Assembly (NCBI GenBank): GCA_963736745.1
Contig: CAVTQD010000029.1
Span: 66,931 to 130,930, forward strand
DNA from: an uncultured Verrucomicrobiae bacterium
Lineage (GTDB): Bacteria > Verrucomicrobiota > Verrucomicrobiia > Chthoniobacterales > JAFAMB01
Length of the DNA: 64,000 bases
Reading direction: 5' to 3'
The translations under genes were made by a program, and so were the position numbers. The notes beneath the pieces were generated by a model, which worked only from the letters and a program-made list of their open reading frames with translations, was not told the origin of the DNA and ran no database searches. Shown in pieces: positions 9,425 through 17,832 of the stretch; the stretch's first letter is position 1, and the number at the start of each line of letters is the position of its first letter.

Positions 9425-11300
9425 CTAATGTCTCTCGCCCATGGGCGTGCCTAAGTACTCAGGCTGCGCCGTAGCGCCGACATCTCCATACCGGGCTGTA
9501 TCGCGTCGCAGGGAAAGAACGGCTGACCTCGTTTCAACCCCATCCGGCGAGATAGCGACAATGGGGATTTCAAAATCGTTGTCCGGAAATTTGAAATGGT
9601 ACCGGAACGTTCCATCTGGTTGGAGTTGAACGGGTCTCCCCGCAATCGTGACCTTTGCCTGCGGATCGGTGCCGCCGTAAAAAATCACCTCTGCGTTCAC
9701 GTGCATGAAAAATTCGCGCTCGGACTGGCCGAAAGGCTGCCCGCTCCAACTTGCTCCGATCCCGCTGAACAGGCTGCTTTCGGAAACCAACTCTCCCCAA
9801 CTTGAAAGGCTGAACTCCAAGCCGCTCCAGCTTGAAGGGCCGAATTCTGAACCGCTCCAGCTTGAAGGGCCGAACTCCAAACCGACTCCAGCTTGAGAGG
9901 TTCCAGCTCGATAATTGCTCGGAACCAAAGGAAAAAGAGCTGACGTTATAGGACCCGAACGCTGTCTCCCAACTGGAGAGCATTTCGCTGCTCAGACTGT
10001 ACGAGCTCAGCAGAGTTTCCCAGCTGGACGTAATCTCACGAAAGCCAGCTTGCCAACTGGCCAACATCTCGCTGCTCACACCGTAGGAACTCAACACCGA
10101 TTCCCATTTCGCGAAAATCTCGGTGACACCTGCCTGCCAACTGGCCAGGGTTTCGCTGCTCAGACCGTACGAAGTGATTGTCACTTGTGAAACTAGAGGC
10201 AATCTCGCTCCAGACCGGCGTGCCAGCTCGCCATTACTTCGCTCCCAAGCCCCAATGAGACTGAGGGATTGTTCCCAATTCGAAATAATCGCTCTAACTC
10301 CGGCTTGCCAACTTGCCAGTGTTTCGCTTCCGCCGGCCAGAACTTCAGAAGACAGCTCGCCGAGCTGCGAAGAGGCACCGCCGACTTGTGAGGAGAGCCC
10401 GCCGAGTTGTGAGGAGGCTCCCCCAACTTCCACGTTCCCGAAACTGCTGACTCCTCCGCTCGAAACCTCCTGCTGCAAAAATTCCCGGATCGACGAGCTG
10501 AACAAACTTGACTCCCCAGGAGCCAGCAAAGAAGCCAAACGGCCCTTTGCAAGAAGTTCACTAGCCGATTCCGAGTCCAAACGACCGCTCAACTCAGAGT
10601 GAAGAAATTGAAGCACATCCTGCGAACTCATGGAAAAGAGACGATCAAGAAAGTCTTTTCCGAGCAGTGTCTCCAAGACCTTGACTTGTTCGCCGCCCCA
10701 ACTTGAAGGGCCGCTCTCGCCACCGATGGCTGCCTGTTGAAGACGAGCCAACGTTTCTGTCAACGGCTGGCCTTCCGATCGAGCGGCCGATACGACGTCG
10801 AGTAAAAAATTGAAACTGAGGTGGAATGGAACCGTGGCAAACTGCGTGTCCCAATTCGGACTGATCGACTCTGGCGGCGTTTGAGTAGGTCCCGCCTTGC
10901 TTACGATTGCCCAGACGTCATTCGCATCCCGGTATCCGAAAACCACGCTGTACTCGGATCCGGCTGATTGGACCGGGATATACCAGTTGCGCGCGATTTC
11001 ATTGATCTCGACGACGGATTCGAGCTCATTGTTTCGATAGACCTGGATAAACAGTTTTCGTGGTGATGGAAATTTCGCGTAATCAAAATCCCAATATGTG
11101 AATAGCCAGTGTGGATCACGCGCGATCAAAAACATCTCTCCGTATCCGGTCGGCAACGATCCTAAATCTTCAAACTTCAGCTTGTCAGCCGGTTCAACGG
11201 AAGCCTTACCTTCGGATTCCTGTCCCTGAGTTTTCTCGGACGGGACCGGACCAGTTGTTGTTCGGAAGCCACTCTTTTTCTTGGAAGATTCTTTGCTCAT
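9425..11300 (-). CDS. DUF4912-family protein with expanded Ser/Trp-rich repeat region and C-terminal Ig-like domain, frameshifted near 9885
   Basis: LPTGYG-LIARDPHWLFTYWD, ARNWYIPV; C-terminal EVIFYGGTDPQAKVTIAGRPVQLQPDGTFRYHF. Confidence 0.8.
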
Positions 11301-11450
11301 TTTCAAACCCTCAGGCGCGCGCCGGGGGCCTCGCACCCGCCAATGGTGGGCGAATTTTGGTGAAATGCAAATTCTATTTCGGGCGGACCAATTGGACCTT
11401 TGCGCGGCCTTTGGGACGGTCGGGTGAACGGTCGAATTCCGTGTCTGTCG

Positions 11451-12221
11451 CTAGCGAGATATTCCGGACTCCCCGAGCGCTTCGCTGATTGAAGACTCCC
11501 TGGCAATCAGACCCGCAAGGTAACCGTTCTTCCGTGGAAGAGTCAGGGAGCCCTCAATGTTAGACGGCGCATCAAGGCGCGAAAAAATGGCGTAAAAAAT
11601 TCGCGAGCGCGGTACCGCCTTTTCCCCGTAGCCGCCGGGTTTGTTGCTTGACCAGAATCGAATCGTCTCGATTCCATTCACTGCCCGTTTGCCCAGATAA
11701 ATCACGGAATGGCCGTGCTCTCGCATCCCGACTGCATCGGTCCAAAAGATCTTCATGAAATCACCCGGCCTGGCTTCGTCGAAAGATGTGAAATTGTGGC
11801 CAATTCTCAGCTCACGAAATAGACAGGCAGTGCCGGGACCGTTCGCGTTCCAGCGACCCCAGACTCCAACTCCGTCCGGTTGCCCCTTGATTGCGAGCGC
11901 TTCGGCCACGTTCTCTCCGACCAGCGATTCAGGCAGCAGCTCTTGGAGCGCTTGGATGAAGACCAGGTAGGTCGCGCCGGAACAGTACGTTGCTCGAGCG
12001 GCCGCCGGTTTCACAGAAAGTCTGCCTCCAGTTACTTGTACCGCAGATTGGAGATCTCGTGTGGCCCCGGAAGTTGCCGAGTAGCCGCCGCCTTTGGGCA
12101 TTGTATTCAATAAGGAGACAATGAGATTGTTCGGGTCTCTTTTGGTAAGCGCATCAATTTGTGCAAAGAGCGGCGAACAGTTCAAGAGCAGCAGGCCAAG
12201 AGCGACCAAAGGGCGGATCAT
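11451..12221 (-). CDS. Exported protein with probable papain-like (NlpC/P60-type) Cys-His dyad
   Basis: Signal peptide MIRPLVALGLLLLNCSPLFA; TYCSGATY, PGDFMKI, HGHSVIYLG; ATGA overlap with upstream gene. Confidence 0.5.
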   Translation of the reverse strand: MIRPLVALGLLLLNCSPLFAQIDALTKRDPNNLIVSLLNTMPKGGGYSATSGATRDLQSAVQVTGGRLSVKPAAARATYCSGATYLVFIQALQELLPESLVGENVAEALAIKGQPDGVGVWGRWNANGPGTACLFRELRIGHNFTSFDEARPGDFMKIFWTDAVGMREHGHSVIYLGKRAVNGIETIRFWSSNKPGGYGEKAVPRSRIFYAIFSRLDAPSNIEGSLTLPRKNGYLAGLIARESSISEALGESGISR

Positions 12222-12865
12222 AGAAAAATATCGAGACACTTGCGTGCCCGTTCGATTGGGTCGGAGAGTTCCGTGAAAGCGGCGAAGTCACCTCGAAGGG
12301 CTTCAAGTGAATATTTTTCGGCTTCGATCTCTTTGCGCGAACGGTAGCCGCGCTTGCGTAAAATGTCAGTTAATCCGTTGCGGCCCTGATAAGAGTATTG
12401 CAGTTGAAGGGCGGCGATCGCGAGAGCGAGGGCCCAGGCAGCTCTTCCCCTTCGCCTCAGGAGCAGCAGGGTGAGACCGATGATCGTCAATGCTGCGCCT
12501 CCGCGGTAAACGAGCGCTTCTAGAGGTATTTCCAGTTCCAGTTCGTCGATTCGTTTACTGACCAGTTGGGTTGGCCGGCTGGAATAATAGTAAATACTTC
12601 GGGCGGTGTCGCGATTGACTTCCCTCCTGGGTTTCACGTGCATTCTGGTCGAGCTAGGAGGTGGCTTCGCTGAAGTGACGGTCAGTTCCCCTTCCACCGG
12701 TCCGTTCTCGTGATGTACGCGTAGACAGACCTCGCTCTGGGAACGGGCTGAACGAAGCGCGGCTTCGATCGCCTCAATTTTTGAAGGAAACGAAGATTCT
12801 CTCAAGGGGGAACGAAACCACCACCTAGAGTCAGCAAAAACGATTTCGAAAACGATCTCCGGCAT
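12218..12865 (-). CDS. Membrane protein, DUF2188-like N-terminus fused to DUF2892-like C-terminus
   Basis: SKIEAIEAALRSARSQ-LRVHHENG; RIDELELE, two hydrophobic helices, GYRSRKEIEAEKYSLEALRGDF. Confidence 0.55.
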   Translation of the reverse strand: MPEIVFEIVFADSRWWFRSPLRESSFPSKIEAIEAALRSARSQSEVCLRVHHENGPVEGELTVTSAKPPPSSTRMHVKPRREVNRDTARSIYYYSSRPTQLVSKRIDELELEIPLEALVYRGGAALTIIGLTLLLLRRRGRAAWALALAIAALQLQYSYQGRNGLTDILRKRGYRSRKEIEAEKYSLEALRGDFAAFTELSDPIERARKCLDIFL

Positions 12866-12898
12866 ACCTCTGCAATCTTGGATGAGGAAACGCCGCTG

Positions 12899-13157
12899 GC
12901 AACAAAAAGCGTTCGGCGTTCACGGCTTGGTGTTCGCAGTTCGACGTTGGACGGTGGCGCGTTTAGTTTCTTTAACACCGGGTAAACCGAGACGGTTTAC
13001 TTACTGTGCTCGTTGAACGCTTTTTCTTGCGGGTATCAGTGCACTAGCTAACTCGGTGTTCGCAGTTCGACGTTGGACGATGGCGCGTTTAGCTTCTTCA
13101 ACACCGGGTAAACCGAGACGGTTTACTTACTGCGCTCGTTGAACGCTTTTCTTGCGG
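12899..13157 (-). repeat. Two reverse-oriented copies of the lexA-flanking ~125-bp repeat plus a forward partial end
   Basis: Copies at ~12926-13047 and 13048-13157; hairpins GTAAACCGAGACGGTTTACTTAC at 12982-13004 and 13108-13130; forward fragment GCAACAAAAAGCGTTC at 12899-12914. Confidence 0.95.
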
Positions 13158-13184
13158 ACCGCTGCGAAAACAAGAGATTTAGGA

Positions 13185-13206
13185 GAGGGTACACTATTGT
13201 ACCCTC
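13185..13206. terminator. 9-bp perfect hairpin enclosing the lexA stop codon (possible terminator or stability element)
   Basis: GAGGGTACA-CTAT-TGTACCCTC; no clear U-tract. Confidence 0.4.
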
Positions 13207-13805
13207 CGCAGCAGGCCAATCATTACCCCCTGAATGACGAGTTCTTCAGCTGGAAGAAGATCCGGATATAGCGGGTTCTCCGCTTTAAGGAATGGTTCGC
13301 CATGGTCGAGCAGATAACGTTTCAGAGTCGACTCACCGTCTATCAGCGCCGCGACGATCTCCCCATTTTTGGGGACCCGCTTCTGAAGGAGAACCGTGTC
13401 GCCGTCGGCGATCTGAGCCCCAATCATCGAGTCCCCCCGTACCCTGAGGGCAAAGACTTCCGCCCCACTTTCAACCCCAAACGCTGCCAGATCGACCCCT
13501 AACTTGGAACCGCTCCATTCCAAGGCTTCACTCGGCATGCCCGCCGGAATTTGGCCCAAGATCGGGATCGACCGCAATCCGGGCAAAAACCGGAAACTAG
13601 GATCGACCGCCGAGCGAGCCTTTCCCGGCGTTCGTTTGATCACACCCTTTCGTTCCAGCGCCCGCAGATGATTCATCGCAGCGGTTTGACTTTGGAACCC
13701 GAAGTACATTTGGATTTCGCGACTTGAAGGTGGAAACCCGGTTTGTTGTTGTTGCTGTCGAATGAAATCGAGGACTTCCTGCTGGCGCGCGGTGAGTTCA
13801 GCCAT
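13194..13805 (-). CDS. lexA: SOS transcriptional repressor LexA
   Basis: LTARQQEVLDFI-PPSSREI winged HTH; IPAG cleavage site; VRGDSM Ser; TLKR Lys. Confidence 0.97.
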   Translation of the reverse strand: MAELTARQQEVLDFIRQQQQQTGFPPSSREIQMYFGFQSQTAAMNHLRALERKGVIKRTPGKARSAVDPSFRFLPGLRSIPILGQIPAGMPSEALEWSGSKLGVDLAAFGVESGAEVFALRVRGDSMIGAQIADGDTVLLQKRVPKNGEIVAALIDGESTLKRYLLDHGEPFLKAENPLYPDLLPAEELVIQGVMIGLLRRVQ

Positions 13806-13808
13806 AGA

Positions 13809-13822
13809 TGTTCAGCCGAACA
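13809..13822. promoter_or_regulatory. LexA operator (SOS box), Verrucomicrobia type TGTTC-N4-GAACA
   Basis: TGTTCAGCCGAACA separated by 3 bp from the lexA ATG; matches the described Verrucomicrobia LexA motif. Confidence 0.9.
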
Positions 13823-13848
13823 CTAGATCAGTGCAGTGACACCCGCAA
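13820..13848 (-). promoter_or_regulatory. Putative sigma70 promoter of lexA
   Basis: Minus strand TTGCGG (13848-13843), 17-bp spacer, TAGTGT (13825-13820); -10 overlaps the SOS box, -35 lies inside repeat unit 1. Confidence 0.6.
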
Positions 13849-14334
13849 GAAAAAGCGTTCAACGAGCGCAGTAAGTAAACCGTCTCGGTTTACCCGGGGT
13901 TGAAGAAGCAAAACGCGCCATCGTCTAACGTCGAACTGCGAACACCGAGCTAGTGCACTGATACCCGCGAGAAAAAGCGTTCAACGAGGGGCAGTAAGTA
14001 AACCGTCTCGGTTTACCTGGTATTGAAGAAGCAAAACGCGCCACCGTCCACCGTCCAACGTCGAACTGCGAACACCGAGTTAGTGCAGTGATACCCGCAA
14101 GAAAAAGCGTTCAACGAGCCGCAGTAAGTAAACCGTCTCGGTTTACCCGGCGTTGAAGAAGCAAAACGCGCCACCGTCCACCGTCCAACGTCGAACTGCG
14201 AACACCGAGTTAGTGCACTGATACCCGCAAGAAAACGCGTTCAACGAGCCGCAGTAAGTAAACCGTCTCGGTTTACCCGGGGTTGAAGGAGCAAAACGCG
14301 CCATCGTCTAACGTCGAACTGCGAACACTGAGTT
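13830..14334 (+). repeat. Tandem array of four 122-130 bp units upstream of lexA
   Basis: Units start at 13830, 13952, 14082, 14212 (122, 130, 130, 123 bp); each has GTAAGTAAACCGTCTCGGTTTAC (13871, 13994, 14124, 14254); junctions read YTAGTGCA. Confidence 0.97.
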
Positions 14335-14408
14335 AGTTGCATTGACGGAATGCAGAACGAAAGACCGGACTCGCGCGATCGACCAGAATAGCTGAAGCTA
14401 TCGGTCTA

Positions 14409-15554
14409 ATGAGAGTCGTGGTGGTAGGAGCCGGAATCGCCGGGGCGAGCGCGGCATTTCATCTAACGCAGTTTGGCGCTGAAGTATTTCTTGTCGACGG
14501 AAACGTGCCCGGGCGCGCCACTCTGGCGGGCGCCGGAATTATCTGTCCCTGGCTTTCGCACAACCAGGATCCACGCTACCAAATGCTCGCCTTCGCGGCG
14601 GTAAAATATTATCCAGAACTTTCAGCCAGACTCGGTGCTTTGGGTGAAAACGGGGTCGGTTTCGAAAAGGTTGGAGGCTTAGTTGTCGGCCACTCAGTCG
14701 AGCAGCTCGATCCGGTCGTCCGCCGATTGCAAAGGCATCTGGAACAGGGAAACAGAGAGGTGGGGGAGGTTCGCTTGCTTGAAGCTGGCGGTCCCACCGA
14801 ATTGTTTCCTTACCTCGATTCCGCATTGGCAGGCGTTTATCTGAGCGGCGCTGCTCGAGTATGCGGGGAGAGTTTCCGAATTGGTCTGCTGAATGCCGCG
14901 CGAAAAGCCGGTACTCGGGAACTTTCTGGCACCGCGGTTTTACAGCGCTCAGGCGACGCCGTTGTTGGTGTGCGAGTCGCGAAAGAATTTATCGGCGCGG
15001 ACGCAGTGATCGTAGCGGCGGGCGCCTGGTCGGCCGAACTATGCAGACCGATTAACCTCCACGTTGCGGTTGAGCCGCAACGCGGCCAGATCCTGCATCT
15101 GAAAGTCTCTGAGACGAACACGGAGGCTTTGCCTGTCATTGTGCCCGTCCTGAGCGATTACTACATGCTCGCGTTCTGCGGTTCTCGAATAGTGGTGGGA
15201 GCAACGCGCGAAACCGGTTGCGGGTTTGACTTCCGCGCTACAGCGGGCGGTGTCGCAGAGGTTCTCCAGGAGGGGTTGCGGATCGCGCCTGGTTTGAAGA
15301 ACGCAACGCTGGAGGAGATCCGGGTGGGGTTCCGCCCAATGAGCAGGGACGGCTTGCCGTTGCTCGGCCCGCCCGCAGCGATCACTGGTTTGGTCCTGGC
15401 AACGGGACTCGGGCGGTACGGACTGACTCTGGGGCCATATGTCGGTCTGCTAGCAGCACAACTGGCCGTTGGAGAAACGCCTGCATCGGATTCCTCATGT
15501 TTTACACCCGACCGGCAGGCAGTCGAAGAGCGATCTGCATGCGTGCGCGCCTGA
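14409..15554 (+). CDS. FAD-dependent D-amino acid oxidase/glycine oxidase family oxidoreductase
   Basis: VVGAGIAG Rossmann motif, ATLAGAGII, AAGAWS, PQRGQI, VGFRP, GLTLGP. Confidence 0.88.
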   Translation: MRVVVVGAGIAGASAAFHLTQFGAEVFLVDGNVPGRATLAGAGIICPWLSHNQDPRYQMLAFAAVKYYPELSARLGALGENGVGFEKVGGLVVGHSVEQLDPVVRRLQRHLEQGNREVGEVRLLEAGGPTELFPYLDSALAGVYLSGAARVCGESFRIGLLNAARKAGTRELSGTAVLQRSGDAVVGVRVAKEFIGADAVIVAAGAWSAELCRPINLHVAVEPQRGQILHLKVSETNTEALPVIVPVLSDYYMLAFCGSRIVVGATRETGCGFDFRATAGGVAEVLQEGLRIAPGLKNATLEEIRVGFRPMSRDGLPLLGPPAAITGLVLATGLGRYGLTLGPYVGLLAAQLAVGETPASDSSCFTPDRQAVEERSACVRA

Positions 15555-15633
15555 AATGTAGCCAAATCCTGTGAACCAAAAGCATTTTGCAGGTTGACTT
15601 GGAGGAGATCGTATTGCGATCGTCGATGCGCGT

Positions 15634-17172
15634 ATGAAAATTTTCACGGTGCTCCTCGCTCTGGTTTTGGCGCGCGCGGCAGTTGCTCAAGAGGAGAGGG
15701 TATTTGGTTATCGGGACGTGGTTCAGAAGGCCGAAGCTCTCTCCAAACAGCCGTTCGCGATCCAGAACCAGGAGCTTTCGCCCGATTTGCAAAACCTGGA
15801 CTACGATCTCTATCGCAGGATCCGTTTCCTTCCGGAACGTTCTGTATGGCGAGATTCGCCGTACCGGCTCGGATTTTTCCATCCAGGCTATTACTTCAAG
15901 CGGCGCGTGCTGTTCGAGGAGATTGAGAAAGATCGTCTTCGGGATATCCCATTTTCCCCTGAATACTTTTACTATGACAAACCGCTCAAGTTCAGCGGGC
16001 ATGAGACTTTTGTTGGTTTTAAGGCCTATGTCCCATCTAGTCAGCCGGGCATTCAGGACGAGTTTATGTCGTTCCTCGGCGCCAGCTATTTTCGTGCGAT
16101 CGCCAAAGGTCTGCACTGGGGACTCTCTTCACGGGGCTTAGCAGTCAATACCGGCATCAATGGACCGGAAGAATTCCCTGATTTTCGCGAGTTTTGGATG
16201 CGGCGGCCAAATCCGTCGGATGATTTTCTGGAGTTCTATGCCCTCCTCGACAGTGAAAGCGTCACGGGCGGGTACGAGTTCGTTGTTCGGTTTGGGGCAA
16301 TCACGACGATGGACATCAAGGCGACCATTTTCATTCGGAAGAAGGTGGAGGTGCTTGTTCTTTCGCCTCTGACCAGCATGTTCTATTTCGGCGGCAATAC
16401 GGTGAATAAACCGACGCTGAAACCCGACTATCAGCCAACGGGCAAAACCGAGTTTTCAATGAACAAAACAGACTTCCATCGGCGCGAGTTTCGACCGCAA
16501 GTTCACGATTCTGACGGGCTGTTGCTTGACACTTCCTCAGGCGAAAAAATCTGGGCGCCGTTGAGCAATCCTCGGTCAGTCAGTGTGCGCCTCTTCTCCA
16601 ATGTGCTTTCTTATTCGCTGGTGCAGCGGGATCGTAATGTGAATGATTATCTCGATCGCGAAGCAGAATACCATATGCGACCGAATCTTACGGTGATTCC
16701 CAAGAGCGATTTCGGGCCCGGGTTTGTCCGGCTTCTTGAACTTCCCAGCAGCGACGAATACTCGGATAACATCGTAGCCGGTTGGCAACCTCAAAATCCG
16801 CCGGAGCCGGGAGCGAGTTTGGAATTTGCTTACCAGTTGAAGTGGCGCGGGGACGAACCGAACACTAATCAGTTTCGGGTGTTGTCGACGACCGTGCGAC
16901 CCAGTCCAGGCTCCAACGAAACACGTTTTGCGATCGAATTCGGGAAACCCGAGGGTGGTGAGACGATTCCCGTGGGTGAGCTGCGTCCGTACATTCTGGT
17001 GGGTCAAGGCGCCCAGGTTAAAGATGTCCAATTCACCCCGACCGACCGCGGTTGGCTGGTCGGCTTCACAATTTTCGACCCCGATTATTCCCAACCAATG
17101 GATATAAGCTGTGTTATATTGCGCCGTGAGACATTCTGCTCTGAGAAATGGCAATATCTCCTGAATATATAG
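15634..17172 (+). CDS. opgG: Osmoregulated periplasmic glucan biosynthesis protein G/D
   Basis: YDLYRRIRF, FLGASYFRA, GLSSRGLAVNT, EEFPDF, RPQVHDSDGL, DNIVA. Confidence 0.92.
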   Translation: MKIFTVLLALVLARAAVAQEERVFGYRDVVQKAEALSKQPFAIQNQELSPDLQNLDYDLYRRIRFLPERSVWRDSPYRLGFFHPGYYFKRRVLFEEIEKDRLRDIPFSPEYFYYDKPLKFSGHETFVGFKAYVPSSQPGIQDEFMSFLGASYFRAIAKGLHWGLSSRGLAVNTGINGPEEFPDFREFWMRRPNPSDDFLEFYALLDSESVTGGYEFVVRFGAITTMDIKATIFIRKKVEVLVLSPLTSMFYFGGNTVNKPTLKPDYQPTGKTEFSMNKTDFHRREFRPQVHDSDGLLLDTSSGEKIWAPLSNPRSVSVRLFSNVLSYSLVQRDRNVNDYLDREAEYHMRPNLTVIPKSDFGPGFVRLLELPSSDEYSDNIVAGWQPQNPPEPGASLEFAYQLKWRGDEPNTNQFRVLSTTVRPSPGSNETRFAIEFGKPEGGETIPVGELRPYILVGQGAQVKDVQFTPTDRGWLVGFTIFDPDYSQPMDISCVILRRETFCSEKWQYLLNI

Positions 17173-17726
17173 CTTTGCTTCGGATCGGGATCGGTTCTTC
17201 GCCGGAATGGAAAGAGGCTTGGGAACGCATCAATGATTACCTTGATGCGCTCAAAACGCCGGACAGCATCGATCGGGAGTTGATTCTGCTTTCGAGTTTT
17301 GAACGGGCGATTGCCCGAAAACGCAGAGAACCCTTTACTCCAGCCACCGAACTCGCGTTCGACGAGGCCCAGAAAAACTCTCGATTACGCACTTCGACAC
17401 TTGATCGATGAAGGGGTTTCGGAGGATCGCCGCTCTGATCGAGCAGCGGGTGCGCCTCTATTTGACCGAGAACGTCGATGGGAAATTCCTTGGCCGGACG
17501 GAAGAGATGTCAGAGGAAGTTCGCCAAGCGCTTGCGCGAAGTCAGGCTTCCAGGCGGCGCCAAATCTGCAAGTGGCGAGCATCACGGCTCGTCCGCTCGA
17601 ATTTTCGTCGCCTGGAAAAAGGCTTATCGCACTTGCGGAAAGCTTTCTCCTTTAGGTGCGAATCGGATTGTCGGTTGGGTGATCGGGTTGGCAATTTTCG
17701 GGCTGCTGGTTTTCGCCAGTCTTTAA
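17148..17726 (+). CDS. Hypothetical protein between opgG and opgH with C-terminal TM helix, frameshifted
   Basis: EWKEAWERINDYLDAL, AAPNLQVASITARPLEF and IVGWVIGLAIFGLLVF lie in successive frames. Confidence 0.55.
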
Positions 17727-17832
17727 GGATAGTGATTTTTCCGCAACCGATTGTATAGTCGCGCACGAACAGGGCGGGTGGCTGAGCAAGACTTCCGAGG
17801 TGGGGGGTAAGTCAGAGTTTCAAGTCAGGATT

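Noticed and set aside
13931-13944. Full SOS boxes inside each repeat unit
   Set aside because: TCGAACTGCGAACA has only the GAACA half; the GTTC-N3-GTTC spacing also does not fit the alphaproteobacterial GTTC-N7-GTTC motif
13830-14334. CRISPR array
   Set aside because: Units are near-identical over their whole 122-130 bp with no unique spacers, and no cas genes are in the window
14409-15554. thiO assignment
   Set aside because: Motifs are generic to the DAO family, it is not linked to thi genes, and thiH is present
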